NCBI GenBank assembly: GCA_963840565.1
Contig: CAWIZH010000003.1
Span: forward strand, 150,210-214,209
Length of the DNA stretch: 64,000 nucleotides
Reading direction: 5' to 3'
Origin: an uncultured Solirubrobacterales bacterium
Lineage (GTDB): Bacteria > Actinomycetota > Thermoleophilia > Solirubrobacterales > 70-9
Of the stretch, positions 62,248-64,000 are shown in pieces (position 1 is the first letter of the stretch; each line of letters starts with the position of its first letter). The notes under the pieces are model-generated. The model did not search any database. It was not told the origin of the DNA and worked only from the letters and a program-made list of their open reading frames with translations. The position numbers and the translations under genes are program-made.

Positions 62248-63516
62248 ATGAAGATCGCGATCGTTGGAACCGGTGTCTCGGGCCTCGTGGCTGCCCACCT
62301 GCTGCACCGCGGGCACGAGCTGACCGTCTACGAGGCCGGCGCGCGGATCGGCGGCCACAGCAACACGGTCCGGGTCGACCTCGAGGACGAGACCCACTGG
62401 GTCGACACCGGCTTCATCGTCTTCAACGACCACAACTACCCCAATTTCGAAGCGCTGCTGGCCGAGCTCGGCGTCGCCACGCAGCCCTCCCACATGGGCT
62501 TCTCGGTCTCCGATGGGAACGGCGACTTCGAGTACTCGGGGACGCCGCGCGGCCTCTTCGCCCGTCCCGCCCACCTGCTCAGCCCCTCCTTCCTCGGCAT
62601 GCTGCGCGACTGGCGCCGCTTCAATCGCGAGGCACGGGCGCTGATCGGGATGAACGGCACCGCCCCCTCGCTCGGCGCCTGGCTGGAGGAGAGGGGCTTC
62701 TCCGAGCACTTCATCGAGCGGCTGATCGTGCCCCAGGCCTCCGCCGTCTGGTCGGCGGACCCCGAACAGATGTGGAGCTTCCCGGCCAGCTTCATGGCCG
62801 AGTTCTTCGAGAACCACGGGATGTTCAGCCTCAGCGACCGGCCGCGCTGGCGCACCGTCAGCGGCGGCTCGATCTCCTACGTCGAGGCGATCGCGGCACC
62901 GTGGCGCGATCGGGTGCGACTGCGGGCACCGGTGCGGCGAATCGAGCGGCTCGTCGACGGCGTCCGAATCGAGGCCGAGGGCTGCGAGAGCGAGGACTTC
63001 GACCAGGTCGTGATCGCGACCCACTCCGACCAGGCGCTGGCGCTGCTCGCCGACCCGAGCGAGGCGGAGCGCGAGATCCTCGGAGCCATTCCCTACCAGC
63101 GCAACGAAGCGGTGCTGCACACCGACGCCTCGCTGCTGCCGCGTCGCCGTGCCGCCTGGTCGAGCTGGAACTTCCACCTAACACCGGAGCCGGCTCGCGG
63201 CACCACCGTCACCTACTGGATGAACAACCTGCAGCAGCTGCGCAGCAAGCACCAGCTGCTGGTCACGCTCAACCGCGGCGAGGAAATCGACCCGGAGACG
63301 GTGCTGCGCCGCTTCGCCTATGAGCACCCCGTCTACACCGCCGCGGGGGTCGCTGCCCAGGCGCGCCACGCGGAGATCAGCGGCCCCGGGCGCAGCACCC
63401 ACTTCGCCGGCGCCTACTGGGGCTGGGGCTTCCACGAGGACGGCGTGCTCAGCGCAATCCGGGCCTGCGAGCGGATCGCCGCATCGCCGGCGAGCGCCGA
63501 GGCGTTGGCGGCATGA
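62248..63516 (+). CDS. FAD/NAD(P)-dependent amine-oxidase-like oxidoreductase
   Basis: The dinucleotide fold MKIAIVGTGVSGLVAAHLL...YEAGARIGGH. The following DUF1365 gene gives the usual pairing. Confidence 0.8.
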   Translation: MKIAIVGTGVSGLVAAHLLHRGHELTVYEAGARIGGHSNTVRVDLEDETHWVDTGFIVFNDHNYPNFEALLAELGVATQPSHMGFSVSDGNGDFEYSGTPRGLFARPAHLLSPSFLGMLRDWRRFNREARALIGMNGTAPSLGAWLEERGFSEHFIERLIVPQASAVWSADPEQMWSFPASFMAEFFENHGMFSLSDRPRWRTVSGGSISYVEAIAAPWRDRVRLRAPVRRIERLVDGVRIEAEGCESEDFDQVVIATHSDQALALLADPSEAEREILGAIPYQRNEAVLHTDASLLPRRRAAWSSWNFHLTPEPARGTTVTYWMNNLQQLRSKHQLLVTLNRGEEIDPETVLRRFAYEHPVYTAAGVAAQARHAEISGPGRSTHFAGAYWGWGFHEDGVLSAIRACERIAASPASAEALAA

Positions 63517-64000
63517 GCGCCTCCGCCGTCTATGAGGGCTGGATCCGCCATCGGCGCTTCGAGCCGATCGAGCACGAGTTCCGCTACCGGCTCTTCCTCA
63601 TGTACCTCGACCTCGACGAGCTGCCGGAGCTGCTCGACCGCTACCCACTGTGGTCGGCGCGCCGTCCCGCCCCGGCTCGCTTCCGCCGCGCCGACTTCAT
63701 GGGCGACCCGGAGCGGCCGCTGGCCGAGTGCGCCCGCGATGCGGTTGAGGCGCAGACCGGCGCCCGCCCCGCCGGCCCCGTGCGGATGCTCGCCAACCTG
63801 CGCACGCTCGGCCACGTCTTCAACCCGGTCTGCTTCTACTACTGCTTCGACGCCGGCGGCGAGCAGGTCGAGGCGGTCGTCGCCGATGTCAACAACATCC
63901 CTTGGGGAGAGCGTCATCCTTATGTCCTGGCGCGCGACGGGCGCCAGGGAACCGTGCTGGCGCAAGAGCTCGACAAGGCCCTCCACGTCTCGCCCCTGAT
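63513..64000 (+). CDS. DUF1365-family protein (3' end outside window)
   Basis: Hand translation from ATG 63513 (an ATGA overlap with the upstream stop) gives MSASAVYEGWIRHRRFEPIEHEFRYRLFLMYLDLDELPEL...NPVCFYYCFD. The frame is open to the window end and is absent from the ORF track because there is no stop. Confidence 0.75.
   Translation, partial: MSASAVYEGWIRHRRFEPIEHEFRYRLFLMYLDLDELPELLDRYPLWSARRPAPARFRRADFMGDPERPLAECARDAVEAQTGARPAGPVRMLANLRTLGHVFNPVCFYYCFDAGGEQVEAVVADVNNIPWGERHPYVLARDGRQGTVLAQELDKALHVSPL

Overview
This window looks like a high-GC (about 68-72% from hand counts of several lines) chromosomal segment, probably Actinomycetota-like. That guess rests on gene content: ECF SigK/RskA-type pair, DtxR/IdeR-type repressor, fused biotin carboxylase-BCCP, DUF559, SigJ-like sigma. 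No similarity search was possible. All calls come from reading the supplied ORF translations and the nucleotide sequence, and start codons are often uncertain.

Gene content from left to right:
- A McrBC restriction module abutting the 3' end of tRNA-Phe.
- Housekeeping genes: GH15-like hydrolase, MrfA/DUF1998-type helicase, folP, sucCD, acyl-CoA carboxylase alpha.
- A hipBA toxin-antitoxin pair and a DtxR-family repressor.
- An ECF sigma/anti-sigma operon with two ferritin-like (desiccation-related-protein-type) exported proteins.
- A Cys-type sulfatase.
- A low-GC islet with an orphan GlnD/DUF294-like nucleotidyltransferase divergent from a DEDDh exonuclease.
- A sulfate-assimilation cluster (PHP phosphoesterase, cysC, sat, cysH, sulfite reductase, rhodanese, dodecin).
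- A tandem-fused TetR and an RTX-repeat protein.
- An amine/amino-acid catabolic cluster: aldehyde dehydrogenase, ald, PucR regulator, class III aminotransferase, APC permease.
- A 5.3-kb run of six frame-disrupted genes.
- A toxin-antitoxin-rich, lower-GC island (vapBC, padR, relE/parE-phd, others) ending at tRNA-Asp.

The most unusual signal is non-coding. Intergenic spacers are filled with long, mostly perfect palindromes. These include two families (A: 3 copies, B: 2 copies) in which a 23-25 nt core is conserved while the 26-27 bp stems differ between copies but stay complementary. Several palindromes mirror the stop codons of both convergent flanking genes. No CRISPR array, transposase or integrase was seen.
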